DNA of 64,000 nucleotides, from positions 832,001-896,000 of the forward strand of contig OZ245056.1 of the NCBI GenBank assembly GCA_965224705.1, written 5' to 3'. Shown here piece after piece: positions 19,877 to 31,035 of this stretch. Source of the stretch: Spirochaetaceae bacterium (lineage in GTDB: Bacteria > Spirochaetota > Spirochaetia > DSM-2461). A program made the position numbers and the translations under genes. The notes beneath the pieces were generated by a model. The model searched no databases. It saw nothing but the letters and a program-made list of their open reading frames with translations, and was not told the DNA's origin. Within the stretch, counting starts at the first letter, position 1. The number at the start of each line of letters is the position of its first letter.

Positions 19877-21204
19877 GTAAATTGCGATCATTCAGTCGTG
19901 GTGGTATACATCCTTCCGTATCGAGAAATATCACTGCTGGTAAAGCAATTAAAAATGCACCCTTCCCGGCAACAGCCATCGTTCCCCTCTCCCAGCATGT
20001 AGGAAGCCCATCCAGGCTTCTTGTTTCCGTTGGTGACAGAGTACAGGAAACCCAGATCATTGGTGAGCCGACAGGATTCATGTCTGCGGCAATTCATTCT
20101 CCTATCCCGGGAGAAGTTAAAGAAATCCGAACAATTTACCTGCCCAGCGGTGTGAAAACTCAGGCCGTTGTAATTGAACTTGGCGGTGAGTTCTCATTAT
20201 TCAACGGAGATAATGTAACGAGGAATTGGGCGAGTCTTGCCCGTAATGAAATCCTGGAGATTCTCAAAAATAAAGGTGTCGTAGGACAGGGAGGTGCAAC
20301 CTTTCCTGCTCATGTTAAATTTACCATCCCCAAAAGTCGCAAAGTGGAAGCTTTTCTTGTGAATGCTTCTGAATGCGAGCCCTATCTTACAGCTGATTAC
20401 AGAGTGATGCTTGAGCATATGGACGATCTTATTGAAGGCCTTGGTATTGCTCGTAAAATTCTGGATCCAGGCCGCATTGTGGTGGGAATAGAAGCCGATA
20501 AAATGGATGCTCTGAAAGTTTTCACGGATGCAAGCAGGGATCATGATATCGAAGTTGTTCCTCTCAAGACAAAGTATCCACAAGGAGCCGAGAAGAATCT
20601 AATCGAATCCCTGCTTGGAATTGAGGTACCTTCAGGAAAATTGCCCATTGAAGTGGGCGTTATAAATGCCAATGTAGGCACTCTGATTTCAATTTGCAGA
20701 GCTGTTCGGAATGATGAACCTGTAATCAGCAGGGTGTTGACCGTTGCGGGAGGGGGGATCAAAAACCCGGGGAACTTCTTTACCCGTATTGGAACTCCTG
20801 TCAAAGATCTCATCGATGAATGCGGTGGACTTGTCAATAACCCAATCAAGCTCATCTGCGGTGGACCCATGATGGGGTTTGCGTTCACCGATCTCAATAC
20901 TCCGGTTACCAAGGGAACAAACGGTATACTGGCTCTCACGGCTGAAGAAGTGAAGTACTATGCTCAAACAGCCTGTTTATCCTGTGGGAAATGCATTGAG
21001 GCCTGTCCCATGGGGCTTTCTCCAACGTTTCTGTATAAGAATACTGACAGCCAGCGACTTGAGGAAGCCGCGAATTTCGGTCTTGCCGATTGTATTTTAT
21101 GCGGTGCATGTGCCTATGTCTGTCCAGCCCATATACCTCTTGTTTCTGCTTTTCGGGCAGCACGCGGACGGCAGCGGCGATTAAGTACCAGGAAGAAGAG
21201 ATAG
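19873..21204 (+). CDS. rnfC: Rnf electron transport complex subunit C
   Basis: GGIHP, PLSQHVG, GGATFP, ECEPYLTAD, KYPQGAEK, GGPMMG and two CxxCxxCxxxCP motifs. Confidence 0.95.
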   Translation: MSKLRSFSRGGIHPSVSRNITAGKAIKNAPFPATAIVPLSQHVGSPSRLLVSVGDRVQETQIIGEPTGFMSAAIHSPIPGEVKEIRTIYLPSGVKTQAVVIELGGEFSLFNGDNVTRNWASLARNEILEILKNKGVVGQGGATFPAHVKFTIPKSRKVEAFLVNASECEPYLTADYRVMLEHMDDLIEGLGIARKILDPGRIVVGIEADKMDALKVFTDASRDHDIEVVPLKTKYPQGAEKNLIESLLGIEVPSGKLPIEVGVINANVGTLISICRAVRNDEPVISRVLTVAGGGIKNPGNFFTRIGTPVKDLIDECGGLVNNPIKLICGGPMMGFAFTDLNTPVTKGTNGILALTAEEVKYYAQTACLSCGKCIEACPMGLSPTFLYKNTDSQRLEEAANFGLADCILCGACAYVCPAHIPLVSAFRAARGRQRRLSTRKKR

Positions 21205-21205
21205 A

Positions 21206-22219
21206 ATGGATTCCAGACTCATAGTATCAAGTTCACCGCAGATTCATTCTCGGGGATCAACGACTGCGATAATGGCCTGGGTACTGATAGCCCTTGTCCC
21301 GGCTGGTGTCTGGAGCATTGTTCTGTTTGGATTGCGGTCTGTCATTGTGATACTTGTTTCTTCTGGTGCGGCTGTGCTTACTGAGTACTTGATGAACCGT
21401 TTTTTCAAGAGGGAGAATACACTGAGAGACTTGAGTGCACTTGTGACCGGGGTTCTGGTTGGCTTCAACATGCCTCCTCATGTGCCATTATTCATGCCGA
21501 TCATTGCCTCCATGTTTGCCATAGCCGTAGTAAAGTGGAGTTTTGGCGGTTTGGGGGCCAATTGGATGAATCCTGCTCTTGCAGGAAGGGTTTTTGTTTT
21601 TTTCTCATGGGATTCATCCATGACTCAGTGGACATTGCCTGGACGAGCCGGTGGTCTGGATGCCTTGAGTGGGGCCACTCCGCTGGGAAGTGTCAAAGTG
21701 GCTCTTAACGAATTGACAACTGGTATCAGCGGCCCCCTGGATGTTTTGAAATCAATTGGAACTCCAATAACTTATCTTGACCTTTTCCTTGGCCATATTC
21801 CCGGCTCTCTGGGAGAGATGTCAGCATTGCTTCTGATTCTTGGAGGGACTCTCCTCATAATGCTCCGTATTGTCAATTGGGAAATACCTCTGGTCTATCT
21901 CACTACTTTTGCACTGCTCATATGGATGTTTGACGGTACTCAGTACGGGAGTGGGCTTTTTACCGGGGATGCCTTATTTCATCTCCTCAGCGGAGGGGTG
22001 ATGCTTGGTGCCTTTTTTATGGCGAGCGATCTTGTAACCTCCCCATTGATTTTCAAGGGCAGGGTAATATTCGCTGCAGGGTGCGGTCTCCTCACGTTTC
22101 TTATTCGGAGTTATGGGAGTTTGCCAGAGGGAGCGAGTCTTGCCATCATTTTTATGAATATCCTTACGCCCCTCATCGATAAGTATGTTGTTCCCAATCG
22201 ATACGGGGTGGACTCATGA
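21206..22219 (+). CDS. rnfD: Rnf subunit D
   Basis: SSSPQIH, FGGLG.N..NPALAGR, DALSGATPL (FMN site), FFMASD.VTSP. Confidence 0.95.
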   Translation: MDSRLIVSSSPQIHSRGSTTAIMAWVLIALVPAGVWSIVLFGLRSVIVILVSSGAAVLTEYLMNRFFKRENTLRDLSALVTGVLVGFNMPPHVPLFMPIIASMFAIAVVKWSFGGLGANWMNPALAGRVFVFFSWDSSMTQWTLPGRAGGLDALSGATPLGSVKVALNELTTGISGPLDVLKSIGTPITYLDLFLGHIPGSLGEMSALLLILGGTLLIMLRIVNWEIPLVYLTTFALLIWMFDGTQYGSGLFTGDALFHLLSGGVMLGAFFMASDLVTSPLIFKGRVIFAAGCGLLTFLIRSYGSLPEGASLAIIFMNILTPLIDKYVVPNRYGVDS

Positions 22220-22755
22220 GTCCTCTGGTCAGTAAATCTATTAAACTTGGAATTATAGGCGGTATTGCAGCCTTATTGCTTTCCGTTGCCAATTACTTTA
22301 CCGAACCGGCCATTGCCAGTTTACGGCAGATGGAAATCCAGACGATGCTCAATCTTTTATCTGGTGATTACACTCCAGGGGACAGGGAAGATATTCAGGT
22401 TAAAAATGTGATCAGCAGATGGCCTGTTAATCCCGATAAGGGTTGGATATTGGAACTTACAGGTATAGGCTATGGGGGGGAGATGACGATTATGACCGCT
22501 TATGACAGAGATGGAAGTGTAAAAGCCGCAAGACTCCTGAACAATAATGAAACAGTCGGGATTGGGAAAAAGGCCGAGACGGCAGACTATATGAATATAT
22601 TCATCGGTAAAGGGGGTGCAATTCCCATCCCGCGAACCAAGAACCAGCTGGAAGAACATGTTGATATGGTATCCGGAGCAACTATCACTTTTTCAGGAAT
22701 TGCCCGGACCATAGCTCAGGGATCGGATCTGGTTAAAGAATGGGGGGCTCAATGA
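22216..22755 (+). CDS. rnfG: Rnf subunit G (FMN-binding)
   Basis: GYGG, NET.GIG, DMVSGATIT motif; operon position. Confidence 0.9.
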   Translation: MSPLVSKSIKLGIIGGIAALLLSVANYFTEPAIASLRQMEIQTMLNLLSGDYTPGDREDIQVKNVISRWPVNPDKGWILELTGIGYGGEMTIMTAYDRDGSVKAARLLNNNETVGIGKKAETADYMNIFIGKGGAIPIPRTKNQLEEHVDMVSGATITFSGIARTIAQGSDLVKEWGAQ

Positions 22756-23396
22756 AGAAACTATCTGGTGGTCTTATACTTGAAAATCCCATATTGATGA
22801 TGGGATTGGGACTGTGTCCATCGCTGGCGGTGTCAACAACAGTGAGCAATGCACTGGGCATGAGTATTGCAACATTTTTAGTACTGCTGGGTTCAAATAC
22901 GGTCATAAGCAGTCTGAGAAAGCATATTCCTGATGACATTCATATTCCTGCTTATATTGTTATAATTGCAACCTTCGTTTCACTGATTGATATGCTTCTG
23001 CAGGCCTATCAGCCGGAGCTTTCAAAATCTCTTGGGATTTTCATTCCCCTCATTGTGGTAAACTGTATTATTCTGGGAAGAGCAGAAGCCTTTGCACGAA
23101 AAAACACCATCAAATCCTCTATTATTGATGCGGTTATCATGGGTTCGGGATTTGCGTTCGGTTTAACACTGATCGCACTGATCCGGGAGATTCTGGGGGC
23201 TGGAACGATTACAATCCTTCCTGACGGAAAATCGTTTCACATTCCCGGTTTGTCCAACTTTCCTGCCCGTGTTTTTGGCTATCCGGCTGGAGCGCTTATA
23301 GTTGTCGGATTTCTACAAGCATTCTTTCGATGGTTGGGGAGAAATCCTTCCCCGTCAAAGGGTAATGACAGACAGGGTGAGGAAAGACAGGGATGA
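22752..23396 (+). CDS. rnfE: Rnf subunit E
   Basis: ENP...LGLCPSLAVST, LGIFIPLIVVNCIILGRAEAFA. Confidence 0.95.
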   Translation: MKKLSGGLILENPILMMGLGLCPSLAVSTTVSNALGMSIATFLVLLGSNTVISSLRKHIPDDIHIPAYIVIIATFVSLIDMLLQAYQPELSKSLGIFIPLIVVNCIILGRAEAFARKNTIKSSIIDAVIMGSGFAFGLTLIALIREILGAGTITILPDGKSFHIPGLSNFPARVFGYPAGALIVVGFLQAFFRWLGRNPSPSKGNDRQGEERQG

Positions 23397-23986
23397 CATA
23401 CATTGGAATCATTTTTACTTATGTCTTTGTCAGCAACCTTGTGCTGACTCAGTTCCTTGGATTATGTCCATTTATAGGAGTCTCCAATAAAACAGAAAAT
23501 GCTGCAGGCATGGGCTTTGCTGTAATATTCGTCATGTCCACTGCCACACTGATTACATGGGCCTTCCATAATTTTGTTTTAAAGCCTTTGAGCATTGAAT
23601 ATCTACAGACTGTAATTTTTATTCTTGTCATTGCATCGCTGGTTCAACTTGTTGAAATCGTTGTACGAAAGACTTCTCCGCCACTATACCAGGCCCTGGG
23701 GATTTACTTACCTCTAATCACCACAAACTGTGGTGTGTTGGGTATTGCACTGATCAGTGTCCGGGAAGAATACAATGCCATTGAGAGTCTCTCCGCCGGA
23801 TTTTCAGCTGGTGTAGGATTTTTTCTTGCTCTTTTTCTCATGTCCGCTATTCGTGAACGACTGGATACGGAGAAAGTTCCCCAATATCTTAGAGGCACTC
23901 CCATAGCTTTTATCTCCGGCGGTTTGATGGCACTGGCTTTTATGGCTTTCGACCGTGCTCTGTTGGTCAATATGATTGGAGGTTAG
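23393..23986 (+). CDS. rnfA: Rnf subunit A
   Basis: NLVLTQFLGLCPFIGVS, LGIYLPLITTNCGVLG. Confidence 0.95.
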   Translation: MTYIGIIFTYVFVSNLVLTQFLGLCPFIGVSNKTENAAGMGFAVIFVMSTATLITWAFHNFVLKPLSIEYLQTVIFILVIASLVQLVEIVVRKTSPPLYQALGIYLPLITTNCGVLGIALISVREEYNAIESLSAGFSAGVGFFLALFLMSAIRERLDTEKVPQYLRGTPIAFISGGLMALAFMAFDRALLVNMIGG

Positions 23987-23987
23987 G

Positions 23988-24806
23988 GTGGATAGTCTTC
24001 TCCGGATATTGAGCGCAATCCTCTCTACATCAATTTTTGCGTCTTTACTTGGAGTCGGGCTTGCAGTTGCTTCCAGAAAATTCAGTGTCAGTAGAAGTCC
24101 TGTCCTGGAAAAACTTATCTCTGTTTTACCGGGATTAAACTGCGGGGGCTGCGGATATTCAGGCTGTGAGGCATATGCGGCAGCTCTGGCAGAAGAGAGA
24201 GATACGGAACCCGGGAGATGCTGCCCTGGTGGTCCCGAAGTTTCAAATGCACTTTCTCAAATACTGGGAATTGAATCAGTGGAGAATTCAAAACGCATGG
24301 TGGCACATCTGGCCTGTCAGGGGGGGGATGGCATCGCTGTTCGAGATTTTCTCTATCATGGATATGCTGATTGCGAAGCTGTCAAGGTCCATTTTGAAGG
24401 GGATAAGGGATGTAAGTATGGTTGTCTTGGTCTGGGCAGTTGTGTAAAATCCTGTCCCGCCGATGCCATATCATACCTGGATAATGGGTTGGTCGATGTT
24501 GATCAATCTCGTTGCATAGCCTGTAGAAATTGTGTTACAATATGTCCATCAGGGGTTATGAAGATGATCCCGGCAGATGCGCAGTGGTTTGTTGCCTGTA
24601 ATTCATTGGATACGGCAAAGACAACCAGATCTCTGTGTCGTCTTGGATGCATCGGTTGTCGTATCTGTGAGCGAAAAGCCCCTGATGCAGGCTTCTCCTT
24701 TACAGACAATCTTGCAAGCCTGACTTATGAAAAAAACGGTACGGCCGGGAGTGATGAAGCTGCGGAAGCCTGTCCGTCAAAATGTATAATTAGAATCAAT
24801 AACTGA
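23988..24806 (+). CDS. rnfB: Rnf subunit B (polyferredoxin)
   Basis: LPGLNCGGCGYSGC, CKYGCLGLGSC and further 4Fe-4S motifs; GGAGG RBS before GTG. Confidence 0.93.
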   Translation: MDSLLRILSAILSTSIFASLLGVGLAVASRKFSVSRSPVLEKLISVLPGLNCGGCGYSGCEAYAAALAEERDTEPGRCCPGGPEVSNALSQILGIESVENSKRMVAHLACQGGDGIAVRDFLYHGYADCEAVKVHFEGDKGCKYGCLGLGSCVKSCPADAISYLDNGLVDVDQSRCIACRNCVTICPSGVMKMIPADAQWFVACNSLDTAKTTRSLCRLGCIGCRICERKAPDAGFSFTDNLASLTYEKNGTAGSDEAAEACPSKCIIRINN

Positions 24807-24867
24807 GGGGATGAGTTGCAGTTTATTGCCATGGGGGGGGAATGGCGATGAATCATGGAATACTTGG

Positions 24868-26844
24868 ATGAGTAAGGTGAAACTAATTTTCGGTACACAA
24901 AATGCAGTCCCTGCTGCTGAACCCCATGACTTTTATGAGAAGACCTATGCCAGGGCTTTGAAGCCATTCCTTACAACAATATACAATCATTCAGATATCT
25001 GTACTACACTTTTTTACTCCGGGTCATTGCTGGAATGGATCAATAAACATCATCCGGAATTCATAGATGTTCTTGCAGAATTAATGAGCAATAAGTCAAT
25101 TGAAATCCTCAGCGGAGCGTATTGGGAGCCAATGCTTTCATTAATCCCATCATCCGATCGAACCAGTCAAATTGAGTTGATGACTACTTATTTAAGGCAG
25201 AAATTCAGTAAACGCTCAATGGGAAGCTGGGTCTCCGGTCAGGTGTGGGAGTCATATCTTGCTTCATCCCTGCGCTCAACCGGTATGGATTATGCCTTTC
25301 TTACCGAACGAGCTTTTCCATGGTGTCAGAGAAAGATTCAACCACCGGTTATTGCGGAAGATCAGGGAAAAACAATTGTACTTTTTCCCGTCATGGATAG
25401 GCTGACAGATGAATTCCTGAAAGTACCGCCAGAACGAATAATTGAATCTCTATATGAGCTCAATTCAGTAGATGAGAAGGAATCTGTTGTTACACTGATT
25501 CTTGATGGTCAGAGATTTGGAAGTGGAAGCAGTTTCGGGATTTGTTATGATAATAAATGGCTTGAACGGTTTTTCAAGGCTATTGCCGATTCTCATTCAT
25601 GGCTTGAATGTATTCATCCCAGACAGTATCTCCGTGATTCCAGCAGAATCATGGAAAGAGTTTACATGTCCGGCCCATCATACAACTCATTGATGACCTG
25701 GTCCTCAACAGATGCGGAAGGTTCATTGAGCAAGCCTCAGAATCAAACATCAACAGATTATCGAGTACTTGAGTCCTATCGAAAGTTTTTTACAAAGTAT
25801 CGTGAAAGCAATCTCCTCTACGCCAAGATGATCCACATTGTCGCTCTCTCCAACCAGATACGGGGGGATAAGGAACGCAAAAAAAACGCAAAAGAGGCAT
25901 TATGGCGAGGTCAGGAGCATTATGCGTATTGGCATGGTCCTTCAGGTGGCATTTACAGGAGTCATTTACGGTATCATGCATACAGTGCATTAATTGAAGC
26001 TGAGAAAATCACCCGGGAAAGAGGGGTCTTCAAAGCCGCACTGACTTCGATGGATTTCGATATGGATGGCGAATTGGAATTCCTGTACCATGGCAGTAAT
26101 TTAAATGCCTATGTTCATAAGACAGGTGGTGTTTTATTTGAATTGGACTACCTGCCCATGGCTCATAATTACCTGGCAACTTTTTCAAGATACAGGGAGA
26201 ACTATCATTCGCCGATAATTGTCAGCAAAGGTTATGATACCTACCCTCGCCATGCCTTTATTGATCATATTTATTCATCTGGAGATGAATTCATTCGGCA
26301 GGAAAGCCCCTTCCCCTATATACAATATACAAAGGAAGAATTAGTCAGGGATCAATCAAGAATAATGCTTCGTGCTATAGGACCGGCGAATAATATCGGT
26401 AATGCATTACAGCTTGACAAAACATATCTCTTCCACCGAAATTCAATGGAAGTTGAATACAGATTTACCAACTTAACTCATAAGACGCTGAAGTTTTCAT
26501 GGGGTTCCGAAATAAACCTGGCTCTTGCAAGCGATCCCGATTTACGGAAAGTTTTTCTTAACATGGATTATCCTGGTCAGGAAGCCTCTGAAGACAGTGG
26601 TTTGGATTCCGATGTAAAAAGCTGGATCATTCTGGATGAAGAAAGAACTGTATTATTACAATTCAATCTTTCCGAGCCATCCAGGTTATTAAGAAAGCCG
26701 GTGTTTGCCGATTTTCGTGATGACGGAGAGTTCTACCACGGTTATCAGGGGAGTTTTTTCATGCCAATAAAAGAATTTGAGCTTTCGCCCGTCACTCCGC
26801 AGATATTCAAGATCTCTCTGCAGATAATACGGTCTAAGAAGTGA
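24868..26844 (+). CDS. GH57 family alpha-amylase/4-alpha-glucanotransferase-like protein (DUF1925/DUF1926)
   Basis: YEKTY.RALKPFL, SGSLLEW, GAYWEP, KYRESN.LYAKM, YWHG..GGIY and DFDMDG motifs. Confidence 0.8.
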   Translation: MSKVKLIFGTQNAVPAAEPHDFYEKTYARALKPFLTTIYNHSDICTTLFYSGSLLEWINKHHPEFIDVLAELMSNKSIEILSGAYWEPMLSLIPSSDRTSQIELMTTYLRQKFSKRSMGSWVSGQVWESYLASSLRSTGMDYAFLTERAFPWCQRKIQPPVIAEDQGKTIVLFPVMDRLTDEFLKVPPERIIESLYELNSVDEKESVVTLILDGQRFGSGSSFGICYDNKWLERFFKAIADSHSWLECIHPRQYLRDSSRIMERVYMSGPSYNSLMTWSSTDAEGSLSKPQNQTSTDYRVLESYRKFFTKYRESNLLYAKMIHIVALSNQIRGDKERKKNAKEALWRGQEHYAYWHGPSGGIYRSHLRYHAYSALIEAEKITRERGVFKAALTSMDFDMDGELEFLYHGSNLNAYVHKTGGVLFELDYLPMAHNYLATFSRYRENYHSPIIVSKGYDTYPRHAFIDHIYSSGDEFIRQESPFPYIQYTKEELVRDQSRIMLRAIGPANNIGNALQLDKTYLFHRNSMEVEYRFTNLTHKTLKFSWGSEINLALASDPDLRKVFLNMDYPGQEASEDSGLDSDVKSWIILDEERTVLLQFNLSEPSRLLRKPVFADFRDDGEFYHGYQGSFFMPIKEFELSPVTPQIFKISLQIIRSKK

Positions 26845-28060
26845 AGTTCATTCTTTCGTAGATTGATATTATCCATCTCCGGGATTCGTTATAGTAATCT
26901 GCTGATGCCAGGGAAAAAGAGGATATGGCTTTGCGGAAATCTTTCCTGTAATAGTATGTCTGTCCCAGATAGTAATGAATTCTACTTCTCATCTTCATAT
27001 CTATCCCATTGGAAGATGAGAGTGAGAACAACTCTTCTGATGACTTTTCCCAATCCTTCTGAGCAAATGAGCCTTCTAAAACAATTTTTCGCAATGCTTC
27101 CTGTCTCCTGTTTTGAGAGGAACCATGATCGACAGGCAACACATGAGGAATCAATAACTCTGGCGCATCCATCTTGATTGATTTGATAATTGACTGGATG
27201 ATGTACTCTGTTTCAGTACTGACTGGCTGGTGCGGCGGCATGGATACACTGACTTCAGGTATGAATGATCCATCCGGCATTTTTCCTGAAAGCCTGAGCT
27301 GCGGCAGAGGAGTTGAACGAAGTGCCGGGGGGTTCCCGTCTTCATCATAGGTAGTAACGATGGCTGGAGATAATGCGGCATAGTCCAGCATTTGTGCATA
27401 GGCGTAATCAAAGAGTTCCGCATCAACTGCCGCATAGTAGAATGGAACTCCCGGAACTGGCTTGTCGATGTAAGTAACAGATGTATCCGTTGATCGGCCA
27501 ATGATTCCTGCATGATCAAGGATTTCCGGTTTGCTGATGAACCGAAGACTGCGAAAGACAATAATCTCCCGATCCTCTTTATCGACTGTATATTTTATTT
27601 CAACACCTGAATCCTTCTGTTTTACTTCAAAATTCAGAAATTCGGCGATGTCAGTATTCATATCACTTCTTGATTGAACAACGACTGGAAGAGGGAAGTA
27701 ATTTCGCCATTCCTGAAATGTGTTGAAGGGCTTGCTGTCAATCACAGAGATTACAGCATACCACCACTCCCTTCCACCTGGAGGATTATCAGTATAGGTC
27801 TCTATACCGGGTGAAATCACTTTGAGAACTCTGGCTTTTGATTGATTACTCTGCGATATTCTATCATGATGACGAATAATTTTATATTTGACTCCTGAAC
27901 TCTCAGAATGATCACGCCAGGTGAGTATTACTTCCGATCCATTGCTTTTTACATCGATATCAGAAACTGAATAAGAGTTTTGACCGAACAATGCCGCTGT
28001 AAGGAACAAAAACAAGGCGCATGAGATTCCTGTATGTTTCATCTTTCTTATTATCGGCAA
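26834..28060 (-). CDS. Hypothetical exported protein (Fn3-like N-terminal part, C-terminal TPR-like helix pair)
   Basis: Signal peptide; YTD.PP...YYAV repeats; HYYLGQTYY. Confidence 0.65.
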   Translation of the reverse strand: MPIIRKMKHTGISCALFLFLTAALFGQNSYSVSDIDVKSNGSEVILTWRDHSESSGVKYKIIRHHDRISQSNQSKARVLKVISPGIETYTDNPPGGREWWYAVISVIDSKPFNTFQEWRNYFPLPVVVQSRSDMNTDIAEFLNFEVKQKDSGVEIKYTVDKEDREIIVFRSLRFISKPEILDHAGIIGRSTDTSVTYIDKPVPGVPFYYAAVDAELFDYAYAQMLDYAALSPAIVTTYDEDGNPPALRSTPLPQLRLSGKMPDGSFIPEVSVSMPPHQPVSTETEYIIQSIIKSIKMDAPELLIPHVLPVDHGSSQNRRQEALRKIVLEGSFAQKDWEKSSEELFSLSSSNGIDMKMRSRIHYYLGQTYYYRKDFRKAISSFSLASADYYNESRRWIISIYERMNFTS

Positions 28061-28097
28061 AGTTTACTGATCCTGCAATTTCATGTTAAATTAGGAT

Positions 28098-29189
28098 ATG
28101 AGTGCGATTAAAAGTTCCATGGATCTCTACAAACTTGCTTCCAGTCTCCAGAAAAATACCGAACCGGGGACTGAAAATCTTATCAAAGTTACAAGAGAAG
28201 AAATCAGCAATAAAGCAGCCAAGTTCCTGATACTGTCAGGCGCAGATGAAGCTGCAAAAATCATTGCCAGACTGAAACCGGAAGAAATTGAAGAGATTAC
28301 CAGTCAAATAATCAAGATTCGCCGAGTCGATACCAGCGAGGCGAAAACCATCATCAATGAAGTCGGTCAGTATTTTGGTGATATTGAGGTTAAAAAGGTT
28401 ACAGGGGGTGTTGATGCTGCCAGGAGTATACTGTCGAGAGCTTTCGGGGATGCCAGAGCTGAGAAACTTCTTGAAAAATCGCTGCCCGACGACCAGAAAA
28501 AACCATTCTACTTCCTGAACGATCTTACTGCTTCTCAGCTGATTGGTTTGCTTCAGAAGGAAAACCCGAGAACTCTGGCTCTGGTATCTGCCTATATCGA
28601 GCCACTGATGGCATCCCGCTTACTCAGATCTTTGCCGGATAAAGAACGAGTTGAAATCATTCTTCGAATGGCACGGACAGAACAGGTATCCCGGGAAGTT
28701 GTTTTAACGGTAGAAGAGACTCTCAGAGAAAAGCTGAGGGTGATTGGAACTGACGATAGTGAAGCTGTTGATGGTCAATCAGTATTGGTCGACATTCTTC
28801 GATGTATGAATAAAGATGATGAGAAACGTCTCTTAGAGGAACTCAATCAGGCTGATTGTAAACTTGCTGAACAGATCAAGAGTAAATTGTATACAATGGA
28901 TCTGATTCTGGACATGCGGGATACAGATCTCCAGGATCTGGTACGGGAATTTACAGACAGAGACATTGCCAGAATGCTCAAAGGACAAACTCAGGATATC
29001 AAAGACAGAATGATGGGTGCCCTCAGTGTGAGACGCCGCTTATTGGTGGACGATGAAACCGATCTGTCCGGCCCTGTTCCTGAAAAGGAAGTCGATGGAA
29101 TCAGTCAGGAATTTCTTAAAAAAATGCGTCAGGGAGAGGAAGAGGGAAAATACTTGATTGATAGGGGTGACGAAGAATTCATTGATTGA
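28098..29189 (+). CDS. fliG: FliG-like flagellar motor switch protein
   Basis: KAAK.LI..G.D.AA.I, GGVDAAR.IL.RAFG, ENP.TLALV and C-terminal FliG domain. Confidence 0.8.
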   Translation: MSAIKSSMDLYKLASSLQKNTEPGTENLIKVTREEISNKAAKFLILSGADEAAKIIARLKPEEIEEITSQIIKIRRVDTSEAKTIINEVGQYFGDIEVKKVTGGVDAARSILSRAFGDARAEKLLEKSLPDDQKKPFYFLNDLTASQLIGLLQKENPRTLALVSAYIEPLMASRLLRSLPDKERVEIILRMARTEQVSREVVLTVEETLREKLRVIGTDDSEAVDGQSVLVDILRCMNKDDEKRLLEELNQADCKLAEQIKSKLYTMDLILDMRDTDLQDLVREFTDRDIARMLKGQTQDIKDRMMGALSVRRRLLVDDETDLSGPVPEKEVDGISQEFLKKMRQGEEEGKYLIDRGDEEFID

Positions 29190-29220
29190 CAAATCTGAAA
29201 ATTCTCAAATAATAGACAGA

Positions 29221-31035
29221 ATGACTGCTCACGAATTACGCCGTAAGTACATAGATTTCTTCATTTCCAAGAATCATGTGGAAATTTCAGGTAAGTCGCT
29301 CATACCTGAAAACGATCCAACTGTACTTTTTACAACGGCTGGCATGCATCCCCTGGTTCCCTATCTTCTCGGCCAGGAACATCCGGCCGGTAACAGACTG
29401 GTCGATGTGCAGAAGTGTATTCGCACCGGCGATATTGAATCCGTAGGAGATGCCTCTCATCTGACATTTTTCGAAATGCTGGGCAATTGGTCCTTACGTG
29501 ACTATTTCAAAAAGGAAGCCCTCACCTGGAGCCTTGAATTTCTCACATCACCAGAGTATCTGGGTCTGGATGTGAACAGAATCTCCGTTACTGTTTTCGA
29601 GGGCGACGAAAATGCACCATTCGACCAGGAATGCTATGATACCTGGATCAATCTTGGAATTCCTGCTGAACGAATCCATGCCCTGCCCAAAGAGGATAAC
29701 TGGTGGGGGCCGGCAGGACAGACTGGCCCATGCGGACCTGATTCAGAAATGTTTTACGATACCTGCATTGAAGCCTGTGGTCCTGATTGCCGCCCCGGTT
29801 GTTCCTGTGGGAAATACTTTGAGGTATGGAACGATGTGTTCATTCAATATGACAAACAGGCAGATGGCAGCTATAAACTTCTGCCCAAGCCCTGTGTTGA
29901 TACTGGAATGGGTGTCGAACGGACACTGACCATGCTTCTTGGGCAGAAGAATGTCTACGAAACCGAGATTTTCATATCTTTACTTGATGCTATTGCCGAT
30001 GTCAGTGGACGGTCGTATCAGGAAAATAATGATACAATCACCTCCTTCCGCATAATTGCTGATCATATAAAAACGTCTGTCATGATACTTGGAGATGACA
30101 ATGGTGTTAAACCATCCAACCTGGGACAGGGCTACATACTTCGGCGTTTGATCCGCCGGGCCGTTCGCCATGGGCTGAAGCTTGGTATACAGGATAATTT
30201 TCTTGGCATCCTTGCCGATTCTGTTCTGGAGATTTACGCAGAGATTTACGATGAACTCACGGACAGACGGGACATCATTATCAGTGAATTAGCCCTGGAG
30301 GAAACACAGTTCCGCAAAACACTGGAGCATGGACACAGGGAGTTTGATAAACTTCTCCCGGAACTGCAGAATAATCCCGACAGGATTATTCCCGGACAGG
30401 CCGCCTTCCATCTCTATGATACGTACGGTTTCCCCATAGAACTCACCGAGGAACTGGCCGCTGAACACGGTATGACAGTGGACAGGGATGGATTTGAGAG
30501 AGCCTTCAAAATGCACCAGAAAACATCCAGAAAAGGGGCAGATAAAACATTTAAGGGTGGTCTGGCTGACAATTCAGTTATGTCTACCCGGTATCATACG
30601 GCCACCCATCTGCTCCATGAAGCTCTGAGAGCCACCCTGGGTGACCATGTGGCTCAAAAAGGATCAAACATCACGACAGAACGCCTTCGTTTCGACTTTG
30701 TCCATCCCCAGCCCATGACTTCTGAAGAAAAGGCCAGAGTAGAAACGCTGGTCAATAAAAAAATTTCCGAGAACCTCAGTGTGACAATGGATACCATGAC
30801 TCTGCAGGAAGCTCGTGATTTGAATGCTCGAGCACTCTTTGAAGGGAAATACGATGAACAGGTGAAGGTTTATCGTATCGGAGATTTCTCAATGGAAGTC
30901 TGTGGGGGGCCTCATGTTAAATCAATTGGTGAATTGGGAGTTTTCAAAATTGTCAAGGAGCAATCCATCTCACGGGGAGTCAGACGAATCCGGGGAATTC
31001 TCACTGAGCAGCAGGAGATTTCGAAAAGCGGCTGA
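29221..31035 (+). CDS. alaS: Alanyl-tRNA synthetase (short form lacking C-Ala domain)
   Basis: DPTVLFTTAGM, HLTFFEMLGNWS, DTGMGVER, HTATHLLH, EVCGGPHV; likely start at ATG 29221. Confidence 0.97.
   Translation: MTAHELRRKYIDFFISKNHVEISGKSLIPENDPTVLFTTAGMHPLVPYLLGQEHPAGNRLVDVQKCIRTGDIESVGDASHLTFFEMLGNWSLRDYFKKEALTWSLEFLTSPEYLGLDVNRISVTVFEGDENAPFDQECYDTWINLGIPAERIHALPKEDNWWGPAGQTGPCGPDSEMFYDTCIEACGPDCRPGCSCGKYFEVWNDVFIQYDKQADGSYKLLPKPCVDTGMGVERTLTMLLGQKNVYETEIFISLLDAIADVSGRSYQENNDTITSFRIIADHIKTSVMILGDDNGVKPSNLGQGYILRRLIRRAVRHGLKLGIQDNFLGILADSVLEIYAEIYDELTDRRDIIISELALEETQFRKTLEHGHREFDKLLPELQNNPDRIIPGQAAFHLYDTYGFPIELTEELAAEHGMTVDRDGFERAFKMHQKTSRKGADKTFKGGLADNSVMSTRYHTATHLLHEALRATLGDHVAQKGSNITTERLRFDFVHPQPMTSEEKARVETLVNKKISENLSVTMDTMTLQEARDLNARALFEGKYDEQVKVYRIGDFSMEVCGGPHVKSIGELGVFKIVKEQSISRGVRRIRGILTEQQEISKSG

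Noticed and set aside
29221..31035. AlaRS apparently truncated at ~605 aa
   Set aside because: Short AlaRS without the C-Ala domain is known in spirochaetes; catalytic and editing motifs are intact.
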